Source: a virus (taxonomy: Duplodnaviria; Caudoviricetes). From it: 52,390 nucleotides of DNA. The DNA is taken from positions 1 to 52,390 of the IMG/VR virus record IMGVR_UViG_3300033143_006241, one strand, 5' to 3'. The position numbers and the translations under genes were made by a program. Under the pieces are notes generated by a model, which saw nothing but the letters and a program-made list of their open reading frames with translations, searched no databases and was not told the DNA's origin. Numbering within the stretch: the first letter of the stretch is position 1; each line of letters opens with the position of its first letter. Shown in pieces: positions 1 to 8,715 of the stretch.

Positions 1-2
1 AA

Positions 3-173
3 AGTGAAGTATATGAAAAACAGGTAGGAATTTGTCCTATATGTAATAAACAATTTGATTTAGAAGAAATGGAAGCTGATCATATAATACCTTGGCATGA
101 TGGTGGTAAAACCATTATTGATAATTGTCAAATGTTGTGCAAGCATGATAATAGAACTAAATCGGGGAAATAA
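3..173 (+). CDS. C-terminal fragment of an HNH nuclease domain protein (5' truncated by the window)
   Basis: My frame-3 translation is SEVYEKQVGICPICNKQFDLEEMEADHIIPWHDGGKTIIDNCQMLCKHDNRTKSGK*, with CxxC, DHIIPW..GG.T..N.Q.LC and N motifs. It resembles the HNH tail of DUF262/GmrSD-type proteins. Not in the ORF track. Confidence 0.8.
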   Translation, partial: SEVYEKQVGICPICNKQFDLEEMEADHIIPWHDGGKTIIDNCQMLCKHDNRTKSGK

Positions 174-208
174 AAATATGAATTACTAAAATAAAGGAAA
201 TAACAATC

Positions 209-1012
209 ATGGGAAATACCACACAACCTACTATACTCGATAATAATACATGTGTATACTGTGGCACAAAACTGGACAGTAAAACAAAAACAAAAGAACA
301 TGTAATAGCAAGAAAATTCATTCCAAAAGGAAAACTCAATAACCAATGGAATTTAATAGCTAATGCTTGTATAGGATGTAATGAGTGTAAGGGTATATTA
401 GAGGACGACATCTCAGCAATTACAATGCAATATAAAAGTAAAGATTCAAGTTTGACTAAGGAAGCACAGAGAAAAGGTAAAGGCAGTACCAACAAACTGA
501 CAGGAAAAAAAGTTTTAGATAGTTTAGGAACAAGTACATCCGATTATGATATTGCTAGGATACCTTATGATATTATCGGAACAGCACAATGTAAAGTCTG
601 GCGTGTTTATAAATTAGCAAAAGCACATATAATAGCATTCTATTATTTAACAACATATAATAAAAAAATAAATAGTGGTAATATTTTAACTGATCCTTTT
701 TATTATATAATAGTTTCTAACAGGTTAAACTGGGGAAACAGTTTGAATACAATATTTGCATCAATAGTATATGATTGGAATATTATATTTAATAAAGACA
801 CAGCAAAAGGTTATTTTAAAACTACTATCAAAAAACAACCTAATATAAATTGCCACTCATGGGCACTTGAATGGAATAAAAATTTTCGCATTATCGGTTT
901 TTTTGGAAAACCAGAAAAACAATTAATAGGTATTTTTAAAAAAACATATACTAACAATCTCTATTCTAAAGGTAAAATATTAGATAAAAATGATGATATT
1001 ATGTTTACCTAA
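209..1012 (+). CDS. HNH endonuclease-like protein
   Basis: CVYCG...TKEHVI...NACIGCN..KG motif at the N-terminus; AAGGA RBS upstream. Confidence 0.7.
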   Translation: MGNTTQPTILDNNTCVYCGTKLDSKTKTKEHVIARKFIPKGKLNNQWNLIANACIGCNECKGILEDDISAITMQYKSKDSSLTKEAQRKGKGSTNKLTGKKVLDSLGTSTSDYDIARIPYDIIGTAQCKVWRVYKLAKAHIIAFYYLTTYNKKINSGNILTDPFYYIIVSNRLNWGNSLNTIFASIVYDWNIIFNKDTAKGYFKTTIKKQPNINCHSWALEWNKNFRIIGFFGKPEKQLIGIFKKTYTNNLYSKGKILDKNDDIMFT

Positions 1013-1061
1013 AACCGTATGTTTGTATTATAGAATAAATTATCGCCGCAAGGTATTCTTA

Positions 1062-1352
1062 ATGAATAAAAATCAAATTACAGAATTACAAAAGAAATTT
1101 AAAAATGGCCCTGTGCATATCTTCAATCCTGTGCCTACGAATGAAGAAGAGGCCCGTGCTCATGGAAATGCTTTGGCCGCATCTGGCAATTATCCCGTTG
1201 GAACAAGCGAATGTTTCAATGTAGGAATATCGGGGGGTTGCAGCCCAAAATGTTTCGTATACCTTAAAGGAGAGTGTACCGAACCACAAGAAATGATTGG
1301 TCGACTTGACACAGAAGCCTTAAAACAACAACATCAAGCATTATATGGTTAG
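1062..1352 (+). CDS. hypothetical protein with a Cys cluster
   Basis: ORF 990..1352; ATG 1062 avoids overlap with the upstream gene. Contains CFNVGISGGCSPKCFVYLKGEC and is followed by a terminator. Confidence 0.6.
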   Translation: MNKNQITELQKKFKNGPVHIFNPVPTNEEEARAHGNALAASGNYPVGTSECFNVGISGGCSPKCFVYLKGECTEPQEMIGRLDTEALKQQHQALYG

Positions 1353-1383
1353 TCTTGAAAACCCTGTTTAATACTTTATTTAT

Positions 1384-1420
1384 AAAAAAGTTATCGCCAC
1401 CTCGTGTGGCGATATTTTTT
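1384..1420. terminator. intrinsic terminator, probably bidirectional
   Basis: Stem TATCGCCAC / GTGGCGATA (1392-1414) with a 5-nt loop, A6 before and T6 after. Confidence 0.8.
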
Positions 1421-1425
1421 ATTGG

Positions 1426-1450
1426 GCACAAAGAATCCTATTCTTTGTGC
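1426..1450. repeat. perfect 11-bp inverted repeat
   Basis: GCACAAAGAAT-CCT-ATTCTTTGTGC. Confidence 0.85.
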
Positions 1451-1616
1451 AAAACTATTTGTATTAATGTTGTTATTAGTATTATATACATATAAATTTT
1501 TTTTACTTATATTATTTTTTTTGCATTTCAACGCGCGCGCACCCACAGAAAAACCAAACTCAAAAAAGTAGCTTACAGGATCGGGCTTCTTTTTAACCTC
1601 TGGATTTTTTGAATAT

Positions 1617-1633
1617 ATGGTATGGGACTTGCA
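1617..1633 (+). promoter_or_regulatory. sigma-54-type -24/-12 promoter
   Basis: ATGGTATGGGACTTGCA (GG-N10-GC). It overlaps the ORF-track start at 1622, which implies a start at 1646 or later. Confidence 0.55.
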
Positions 1634-1645
1634 TCTATTTTAGAT

Positions 1646-2275
1646 ATGAAAAACTTTAAAACATGTAATTCAGTTTTTATAGGAACTCAGAAATTCAACT
1701 TTGATCAATATGGAATCATCAACACTGATTTTGGATACATCCAACGGCTTGATAACTCAATCAAAGTTATTAACACTACTAAGATTGACATGCCCGTCAA
1801 CTGTCCCTGTGGTAAATGTAATATCATTACAAAAAAAATAGATCCATGGGATACAATTTATAATATACCAGCCAAGGTATACGGAGATGTTATTAGATTT
1901 AAAAAGGCGGGCTGGAAAAATATAAGAATAATAACATGTAATGAAACAAAAACTCAACTACCTATAATAAGAATGTCTCTAACTATATTTAAAAAACATT
2001 TTAATATTAAAAAATATATTTTACCATTCTATTATAACAAATACAAATCAAACATAACAACACTATCACATTCACACAAACATTTTGAGTTTATTTTACA
2101 CGAAGAGAGGGCAGACACACCAGCCATGAACTGTTGTGTATTCGACGACAACGTAGACAACAAAGCAATATATATAACAATGGCAATGATAAGCGCCCAA
2201 CTTGATGGTAAAAAAGTATGGTATGCTTTTGACAAAAAGGAGGGTTTAAAATTTGTTTCTTTTAAAGTTTCCTAA
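1646..2275 (+). CDS. hypothetical protein
   Basis: ORF 1622..2275 with the start moved downstream of the predicted promoter; contains CPCGKC; no family recognised. Confidence 0.55.
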   Translation: MKNFKTCNSVFIGTQKFNFDQYGIINTDFGYIQRLDNSIKVINTTKIDMPVNCPCGKCNIITKKIDPWDTIYNIPAKVYGDVIRFKKAGWKNIRIITCNETKTQLPIIRMSLTIFKKHFNIKKYILPFYYNKYKSNITTLSHSHKHFEFILHEERADTPAMNCCVFDDNVDNKAIYITMAMISAQLDGKKVWYAFDKKEGLKFVSFKVS

Positions 2276-2304
2276 TCTATTTATTACCAACTAAGTTTCT
2301 GTTC

Positions 2305-2535
2305 TTATTTATCATCACCACTATTAATGTCTATATTTATACCTGTATTACTTATAAATTCAAGCAGTTCTGTAGGAACTGCATCATCAGTCTTCCAATA
2401 AAAACTTAAATTAGCTCGCAAATCGCCTTCACATTTTACTCCCATATTCATACGGTTATATGTAGACTGATCGTATTGTTCTTTACTGAACTCTAAGTAT
2501 TCAACCTTAACAAAAGGAATATTGATTGTTTGCAT
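2305..2535 (-). CDS. hypothetical protein
   Basis: 76-aa ORF with a GGAG RBS upstream. Confidence 0.6.
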   Translation of the reverse strand: MQTINIPFVKVEYLEFSKEQYDQSTYNRMNMGVKCEGDLRANLSFYWKTDDAVPTELLEFISNTGINIDINSGDDK

Positions 2536-2601
2536 TACAACGCTCCACTTTAATTATTTACAACAAAACTAAATACGTATCTAATCTATCAACAGCAGAT
2601 T

Positions 2602-2631
2602 AAAAAACAAGGGCTGCCTAAGCAGCCCCTT
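2602..2631 (-). terminator. intrinsic terminator downstream of the Clp ATPase gene
   Basis: Minus strand reads GGGCTGC-TTAG-GCAGCCC followed by TTGTTTTTT. Confidence 0.85.
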
Positions 2632-2653
2632 ACCCACGTCCCTTACCATTACT

Positions 2654-4582
2654 TTAGTTACAACACTTTGTACAGGTATCACACCTATTCGCAACAACCT
2701 TTTCCGAAACAAAATTAGTTATAGTATTACAATGTTTATAGATAACTTTTTTGTTCTTAACTCTTGTACTAATTACAGTATCTTTTTCAATACCGTGTTT
2801 AATAATGTAATCAGCCAAAGAATCGGACACAACATTTTCTACAGTCCGTTTTATTTCCCGAGCACCATAGGTTTCAGAATAACCTTTCTTTAGTATAAGT
2901 CTTTTTACAGCTTGAGAAAAGTTTATAAAAATATGCTTATCTTCTAAATAATTATTTAACTTATCTAGTTCAAGTTCAACAATTTTAGAACAGGATTTTT
3001 TATCCATATCATTAAAATATACAGTACCTGTCAATCTATTTAAAAACTCCGGTTTAAACATATCTTTTATAGCTTTTTTTATTACTATATTTTTTCGTTT
3101 ACTTGTTATTTTATTTACATCACCAAATCCAATTGTTTTTCCTATACCTTGAACTTCTGTAGCCCCTATATTTGAAGTCATAAGAATTAGTGTATCTTTA
3201 AAGGATACAACTTCACCATGATTATCTGTTAACCTTCCTTCATCCATTATCTGAAGCATTAATTGATGAACTTTTTCACTTGCTTTTTCTACTTCATCAA
3301 ACAATACTACCGAAAAAGGATTTTCAAGAATAGCATTTGTAAGTATACCACCCTCGTCGCTGCGAACATAACCATTTGGGCTTCCTATAAGCTTCGAATA
3401 CTCATGATCAGCAGAATACTCAGAACAATCTATTCTAATAAAGCCACCTTCGGCCTCTTTCTTAAACAATTCATCTGCCAAAACTTTAGCTAGTAATGTT
3501 TTACCTACACCTGTTTTACCAGCGAGCAAGAAAGATCCTATTGGACATACTGGATCTTTAATTCCTATTTTAGATCTCTTTAAAGCTCTTATTATATCAT
3601 TAGTGGCACCCTGTTGCCCTATTACTAATTTATTAAGTTCACCTTCTAAATCTAACAATTTATCAGACGAAATATCCTTTAATGTCTTATATTCTGTTTT
3701 CTGCACTACTCTTTTACTTGAAGAGGATGCTATATTTGTTTTTTTATTTAATTTTTTATAGTTAGCCCCAGGATTAACGGCTACGCATAGTTCATAAAGC
3801 TCGTCAACCACTTGTTGTGGGGTAAATTTTGTCAATAATCCAAACCTGTCTATAAGACCAAATACAGATTCAATATCTTTTATAAACGATGTTATTATAA
3901 AAGATTTATAAGAGGGCTCATCTTCATAATTTCCCATCAAGACTACTTCTTTGAGATTATCTACTTCGAATTTTCTAATAATCACATACATAATAAGTCT
4001 ATCCCACCACTTCTTTACATAAACATGCTTTGTTTTTTTAACAGCTTCTATTGTTTTTAGTATGTGATCATCTAATGTTTGTCCATTTGATTTTTCAGAT
4101 TCATGACCCTCTACTGCTGCGTTTTCTGAACCAACAATCTCGTTAACAGTTTTATCATCAAATACAGCATCCTCCATTGGGCTATCTTTTGTGTTCCAAG
4201 ATGGGTTTTCAACAAACGGATACCCATCAACCTCACCGCTGTCATCTACTCTAATAAGACCAAACGGGTTTACAATTAAACCGTCTGGATTTAATAAAGG
4301 ATTAATTTTATATAATTTTATTAAAAGCCCTTCTCTGAATACATCAAAATTAGAAACAAGATCTTTGTTAGAATTAATAAAATATAAAAGTTGTCCTATA
4401 TTAATAACATAAATAGATAATATATAATCTTCATACCTTCTTTTTGGGATCAAACCTCTTTCTTTTGAAAACATCGAAAGCTCTGATTCGATATCTTCTT
4501 TGTTATCCATTTTTAAAATCCTAACCGACATGCCTATTTTATCAAAAGGAACCTGTATTACTTCATACTTTTTATTATCCAT
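2654..4582 (-). CDS. Clp/Hsp100-family ATPase with only the second (D2) AAA+ module and an unrecognised N-terminal region
   Basis: GSFLLAGKTGVGKT (Walker A), RIDCSEY, LFDEVEKA (Walker B), GRLTD, ILMTSNIG, FKPEFLNRL, YGAREIKR. Confidence 0.9.
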   Translation of the reverse strand: MDNKKYEVIQVPFDKIGMSVRILKMDNKEDIESELSMFSKERGLIPKRRYEDYILSIYVINIGQLLYFINSNKDLVSNFDVFREGLLIKLYKINPLLNPDGLIVNPFGLIRVDDSGEVDGYPFVENPSWNTKDSPMEDAVFDDKTVNEIVGSENAAVEGHESEKSNGQTLDDHILKTIEAVKKTKHVYVKKWWDRLIMYVIIRKFEVDNLKEVVLMGNYEDEPSYKSFIITSFIKDIESVFGLIDRFGLLTKFTPQQVVDELYELCVAVNPGANYKKLNKKTNIASSSSKRVVQKTEYKTLKDISSDKLLDLEGELNKLVIGQQGATNDIIRALKRSKIGIKDPVCPIGSFLLAGKTGVGKTLLAKVLADELFKKEAEGGFIRIDCSEYSADHEYSKLIGSPNGYVRSDEGGILTNAILENPFSVVLFDEVEKASEKVHQLMLQIMDEGRLTDNHGEVVSFKDTLILMTSNIGATEVQGIGKTIGFGDVNKITSKRKNIVIKKAIKDMFKPEFLNRLTGTVYFNDMDKKSCSKIVELELDKLNNYLEDKHIFINFSQAVKRLILKKGYSETYGAREIKRTVENVVSDSLADYIIKHGIEKDTVISTRVKNKKVIYKHCNTITNFVSEKVVANRCDTCTKCCN

Positions 4583-4598
4583 GTTGTTTTAAATTCTC

Positions 4599-5504
4599 CT
4601 ATTCTTTAAAAGTAGTTGAAGTTAAACCGGATCTTACTATTAAACCTGCCTCACTTGCCGTTAATTCATCAATAGACTTTTGTTTTCCTATAATTTGTTC
4701 AATATAATCTTCTATAGCAACTCCTTTCATCTTAGCAAGATTAAGTATAACAAGTTTTTGTGTGTTTTTAGGACTAGCCGTTGTACCACCAAGATCACCA
4801 TAATCAAAACCGTGATCAACCACAGAATTATCTTCTGATTCCGTTTGTGTAACAGGTTCCTCTTGAGTTTGTTCTTCTTTCTTCTCAACAGTTTCTGTTT
4901 TAGGAACAACATCTATTTTCTTTTTTGATGCTGCCAACCTTTTTTTAAGTTCTATTATTTTACTATTTTTTTCAGCAGCATTTGGTTTACTAACCTTTTG
5001 TTCTGCTTGTTTTGGTGGACTTTGTTTACCTGAATCCTGTGAAACAGGCTTGCTTGTATTCGTTTGTTTATTATCGATATCAGAAACTCTAACATACTCT
5101 CCTGTAATTGGATCTTTAGTAACATCCATTTCTTTATTTCCAATACAAAGCTGCTTTGAACAAGCCTTCAAGCTATCCATGACAGCGTTTCCATACGCAT
5201 CTCCAAGATTAACTGGTTTTCCTTTGTTAATACCGCTAGTATACTTGTGTATTGGCGCAGAACCAAAGGCCTCTTTTTTTATAACATTATCACCAACTGT
5301 AGCTGATAATTCTAATAACAAAAGAACAGTATCATCATTAATTACTTTATGTGAAATTACACGTGTATTCCACAAACAACCAAACACTTCATTTAGACGA
5401 CTACGTATTGCAGATGCAGGGACATAAGGATACTTTTGTTTTGGTAATATTCTTATTTCTATTTCTTTTTCTAAAGCTTTAACTAAATCTTCATTCTGTG
5501 CCAT
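4599..5504 (-). CDS. Rad52/Rad22-family ssDNA annealing protein
   Basis: YVPASAIRSRLNEVFG..W and A..DSLKA...L.IG motifs; low-complexity linker; AGGAGA RBS. Confidence 0.75.
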   Translation of the reverse strand: MAQNEDLVKALEKEIEIRILPKQKYPYVPASAIRSRLNEVFGCLWNTRVISHKVINDDTVLLLLELSATVGDNVIKKEAFGSAPIHKYTSGINKGKPVNLGDAYGNAVMDSLKACSKQLCIGNKEMDVTKDPITGEYVRVSDIDNKQTNTSKPVSQDSGKQSPPKQAEQKVSKPNAAEKNSKIIELKKRLAASKKKIDVVPKTETVEKKEEQTQEEPVTQTESEDNSVVDHGFDYGDLGGTTASPKNTQKLVILNLAKMKGVAIEDYIEQIIGKQKSIDELTASEAGLIVRSGLTSTTFKE

Positions 5505-5537
5505 CTTGAATCTCCTATGTTTTTTACTATGAATTAA

Positions 5538-5554
5538 TGCAATATGTGTGCCAA
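5538..5554 (-). promoter_or_regulatory. sigma-54-type promoter upstream of the Rad52-like gene
   Basis: TTGGCACACATATTGCA. Confidence 0.85.
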
Positions 5555-5559
5555 ACTGT

Positions 5560-5886
5560 TGGTGGAGGCGGCGAGAATCGAACTCGCGTCTTAAGTACCA
5601 AATTAAAAACCATTATACAGCAATTTGCTATAATTTGCTATCTATAAAACTAATACTAAATACCTTAACATATAATGCAGTTGTTAGGTTTCTGTTCCAA
5701 GGTGCCTAACCGCCCGTGTAGCTATATATTAGCTACAAGTGCTACTTTGTCTGCCTTTATAGCAGAGTTTACGTAGCCGTACATATTAGTGTTAATTATT
5801 TTTTTGATACGTTTTTAAGTAGTCAAGTATCATCTACTTGCTGTGATTATTCAAATTGTTTACCTAATCGAACCCTGATCGCCCCC
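5560..5886 (-). ncRNA. ssrA: tmRNA (327 nt)
   Basis: 5' GGGGGCGATCAGGGTTCGAT and 3' GACGCGAGTTCGATTCTCGCCGCCTCCACCA. The 7-bp acceptor stem has G3:U. pk1 is formed by AAGTAG/CTACTT and TGATAC/GTATCA. A tag ORF lies at 5793-5722. Confidence 0.95.
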
Positions 5887-5909
5887 ATATTTTATTTAAT
5901 ATATACTCA

Positions 5910-5926
5910 TGCAAATTCTATGCCAA
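5910..5926 (-). promoter_or_regulatory. sigma-54-type promoter upstream of tmRNA
   Basis: TTGGCATAGAATTTGCA, overlapping the UDG stop codon. Confidence 0.8.
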
Positions 5927-6445
5927 AGATAACTCATACGCTTTTTTAATACAATCAAAAAATTTCTGTTTTGGTGCATAATTTCTCAAATAGTAAGAAG
6001 GATGGCAAATAGGCATAACCATCATACCATTTAAAATTTTATGAATATTTCCTTCTTCTTTTGTAATAGATTTGAGTGTTGGTATAAAAACTTTTGAAGC
6101 AACCCTACCTAACAAACAAATAACTTTAGGTTTTACCTCAATAATTTCACGCACTAAATAGGGTAAACATGTTTCAATTTCTAAATCTTTTGGATCTCTA
6201 TTTTTCAGGGGTCTGCATTTTACTATATTTGAAATATAAATATTATCCCGTGTAATATCTATGCAGTTTAAAGCCTCATCTATAAGATCCCCGCTTCTAC
6301 CAACAAAGGGTATCCCTTGTTTATCTTCTTCCCTGCCGGGGGCTTCCCCTACGAACATTAATCTAGCATGGTTATTTCCTTTACCATTTACTATATTAGT
6401 TCTAGTTTTATATAATTCACACGCCTTACAATTTTCTATTAACAT
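5918..6445 (-). CDS. uracil-DNA glycosylase, family 4
   Basis: CxxC Fe-S ligands, FVGEAPG.EEDKQG.PFVGRSG, NIVKCRP..NRDP, HPS. Confidence 0.95.
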   Translation of the reverse strand: MLIENCKACELYKTRTNIVNGKGNNHARLMFVGEAPGREEDKQGIPFVGRSGDLIDEALNCIDITRDNIYISNIVKCRPLKNRDPKDLEIETCLPYLVREIIEVKPKVICLLGRVASKVFIPTLKSITKEEGNIHKILNGMMVMPICHPSYYLRNYAPKQKFFDCIKKAYELSLA

Positions 6446-6482
6446 AAAAAACCATTCCTATTCTACTTTTGATAAGTATTAA

Positions 6483-6499
6483 TGCAATTCTTGTGCCAA
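6483..6499 (-). promoter_or_regulatory. sigma-54-type promoter upstream of UDG
   Basis: TTGGCACAAGAATTGCA. Confidence 0.85.
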
Positions 6500-6503
6500 C
6501 ACA

Positions 6504-6719
6504 CTATAATCTAGTCATTTTGATAGGCTCAGAAATCACTACTCCAGGAGTAGGGGGACATGTAGGTAACCATTTACCACCAATATTTATACTTCCAGTC
6601 TTTCCAAATTTATCTGGATAACAAAATAAAACGGAACACTTATTACATTTATATATTCCTGGCATTTCTGGAGAAACAATAGAATATGAATTATTACCAC
6701 ATATAGGACATTTAAACAT
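6504..6719 (-). CDS. small zinc-ribbon protein
   Basis: CPICG...CNKC; AGGAG RBS. Confidence 0.65.
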   Translation of the reverse strand: MFKCPICGNNSYSIVSPEMPGIYKCNKCSVLFCYPDKFGKTGSINIGGKWLPTCPPTPGVVISEPIKMTRL

Positions 6720-6732
6720 AATTAACTCCTAA

Positions 6733-6945
6733 TTATTCATCTTCTTTTATCACTTTAACATTAGCGCTTTGAATACCATACTCACTTTCGACAACCTCGT
6801 ATTCAACCAACTGCCCAGGATAAACTACTTTATACCCATCCCCTTCAATTGCAGAATAATGTACAAATACATCCTTTCCATCAGATCCTGTAATAAAACC
6901 ATGACCTTTTTTACCATTAAACCATTTAACTCTTCCTGTAGCCAT
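6733..6945 (-). CDS. cold-shock domain protein
   Basis: [16 protein letters not shown] (RNP1) and DVFVHYSAI (RNP2); GGAGG RBS supports ATG 6945. Confidence 0.95.
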   Translation of the reverse strand: MATGRVKWFNGKKGHGFITGSDGKDVFVHYSAIEGDGYKVVYPGQLVEYEVVESEYGIQSANVKVIKEDE

Positions 6946-7011
6946 CTTAAATCCCTCCAAATCGTAAAATTTATAGCTATAACACTACTATACTATAAAA
7001 AGCTCAGACAG

Positions 7012-7362
7012 TTAATCTACGCCAGCTGTTGAAGAGATATTACCTAAAACCCCTGTAAGAGGATGGCTATCATCACGAGGTGTTTCTTGTAACATTCTTT
7101 TGGTTTCTTCTTTTATTATAAACTTCTTTTTTTCACTACCTTTAAGAAAATACCAATCAGGTCTTTTATATTTTTTAATATTATTACCTTTGTTTATTTC
7201 TTTGTCTAGTTTCTTGTGATCAGGGGTAAAATATTCACACCTGCGTTTTTTTCTAGCTTTTAATTTTATTTTACTAACATTACATATAGATAAAACGTCA
7301 TCATAATTACTACACCAAATACATTTTATACTTTTATTTTTATAGTCAATTATTGGTTCCAT
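7012..7362 (-). CDS. hypothetical protein, Cys-containing and basic
   Basis: 116-aa ORF tiled in the operon; CxxC...C...C. Confidence 0.6.
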   Translation of the reverse strand: MEPIIDYKNKSIKCIWCSNYDDVLSICNVSKIKLKARKKRRCEYFTPDHKKLDKEINKGNNIKKYKRPDWYFLKGSEKKKFIIKEETKRMLQETPRDDSHPLTGVLGNISSTAGVD

Positions 7363-7363
7363 T

Positions 7364-7723
7364 TTAAATTCCTATCCTTTCAAGAATTTTGAAAAAAACA
7401 TCAATATCCAAAATGACGATACCATCTTCGTGATTACGTTTACAAAATAAAAGCCAGTCTGTTCCTTTCGCCTTGTTTTTCTTAACTTGTCTTATCCAGG
7501 CAGGTACAGACATATTTTCACATCTTTTACACTCTATACTATAAGGAAACCTATATTTCGCATCCGCCAAAAGCCTTATGTCCGTACCCGCCTGGCCCAT
7601 CTCCCTACTGGCAATACACTCATCCTTGCCCCAAGGAAGACCTAACAGCTTAGATATTCTCTTCGCTATATCATTTTGGAATTTTTTACCTTTGTTTTTG
7701 GCAGATCGTGGTTTAATTGTCAT
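7364..7723 (-). CDS. PD-(D/E)XK nuclease, probable Holliday junction resolvase
   Basis: SAKNKGKKFQ, GTDI and IECKR motifs, as in phage Hjc-like resolvases. Confidence 0.75.
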   Translation of the reverse strand: MTIKPRSAKNKGKKFQNDIAKRISKLLGLPWGKDECIASREMGQAGTDIRLLADAKYRFPYSIECKRCENMSVPAWIRQVKKNKAKGTDWLLFCKRNHEDGIVILDIDVFFKILERIGI

Positions 7724-8150
7724 CTTTTTCTACACCATCATCATCAATATAGATGTTATCCGCCCAATCAGCACCGTAACGTTCTATGATTTCTTTAAAA
7801 TCTTCAAGATCGTGTAGAAGTATTTTACAAACAGGATTACCCTCTTTGTCCTCATCAATAAAGAGGTGGTGTAGTTCGTGGTCCAATAAAGCTTTTCTTT
7901 GTTCTTCAACCATTATATCCCAAGCATCTTCATAAATAGAAATAATAAAATCAATATCAGTTAAATAATTAAACTTGGGAGAAACAACCTCAGACGTTCC
8001 AAGAACAACTTTGCCTCCACGCTTTCTAAGCTTATCATAGAACAGACACTTGATTTTAACATTACGTAAATTCAAATAATACTCGTTTATTAATTCATGC
8101 ATTAATGTGTAAACTTCTTCGCCACATTCTCTAAAGATTACTTTGGTCAT
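7713..8150 (-). CDS. putative phage metallopeptidase
   Basis: ALLDHELHH (HExxH) and HDLEDF..II.RYG. Confidence 0.8.
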   Translation of the reverse strand: MTKVIFRECGEEVYTLMHELINEYYLNLRNVKIKCLFYDKLRKRGGKVVLGTSEVVSPKFNYLTDIDFIISIYEDAWDIMVEEQRKALLDHELHHLFIDEDKEGNPVCKILLHDLEDFKEIIERYGADWADNIYIDDDGVEKDDN

Positions 8151-8472
8151 CAGCAGTAGCCTCCTTTTCTAAAATCTTAAAATACATTGATACTACATCT
8201 TCAAAACCATTCAAAGGCGGAAACACTTTAATAACATTATTTAAAGATAAGGTTTCATTTGTTATTTTTTGAATCATCGGAAACCCATAGGGAATAACAT
8301 AAAATCCAAATTTAGTATCTTCACCTTCTTTAACTTCTCTTGGTACAATAAGAGCTGCATCACGTATTAACTCGTCTGCAGTACTAACTTTACCTACAAC
8401 CAATTCCCCAGTCACCAATTTACATATAGACACATCCTGATTTTCCGCACCATTAGCAAATGTACAATTCAT
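8131..8472 (-). CDS. hypothetical protein, possibly Sm-like fold
   Basis: KLVTGELVVG N-terminal pattern; GGAGG RBS. Confidence 0.55.
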   Translation of the reverse strand: MNCTFANGAENQDVSICKLVTGELVVGKVSTADELIRDAALIVPREVKEGEDTKFGFYVIPYGFPMIQKITNETLSLNNVIKVFPPLNGFEDVVSMYFKILEKEATADDQSNL

Positions 8473-8486
8473 AATTCTTTCCTCCG

Positions 8487-8702
8487 TTATAATTTAATTG
8501 AAATAATTCCTTTTAAACCTTTATTTAAATTTATAGTTGTTTCTTTTGGTAACATTTCGTGTCCGCATTTAGGACACAACTTAACCGTAAAAGGAGCATC
8601 ATATGCACGTTCAACAGTCTTGTCTTTATTTCCACATCTTTTACAACAGTATCTCCAAAGTTTAAGATTTAATGTTTTTTGTTTTTTGTTATGTTGTTTC
8701 AT
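8487..8702 (-). CDS. FmdB-like zinc-ribbon protein
   Basis: Y.CKRCG...CPKCG. Confidence 0.6.
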   Translation of the reverse strand: MKQHNKKQKTLNLKLWRYCCKRCGNKDKTVERAYDAPFTVKLCPKCGHEMLPKETTINLNKGLKGIISIKL

Positions 8703-8715
8703 TGTTTTACTCCAT

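Noticed and set aside
128-2235. Minus-strand ORFs 128..346, 157..495, 1086..1289, 1757..1957 and 2032..2235
   Set aside because: They overlap better-supported plus-strand genes
2654-4582. The Clp ATPase as the sigma-54 activator
   Set aside because: It has no GAFTGA loop, and all its motifs are ClpA/B D2-type
5560-5590. A stand-alone tRNA-Ala
   Set aside because: The T-arm and CCA pair with a 5' end 327 nt away, with a pseudoknot and tag ORF between them, so this is tmRNA
5619-5640. Tandem repeat TAGCAAATT x2
   Set aside because: It lies inside the tmRNA and is too short to call a separate element
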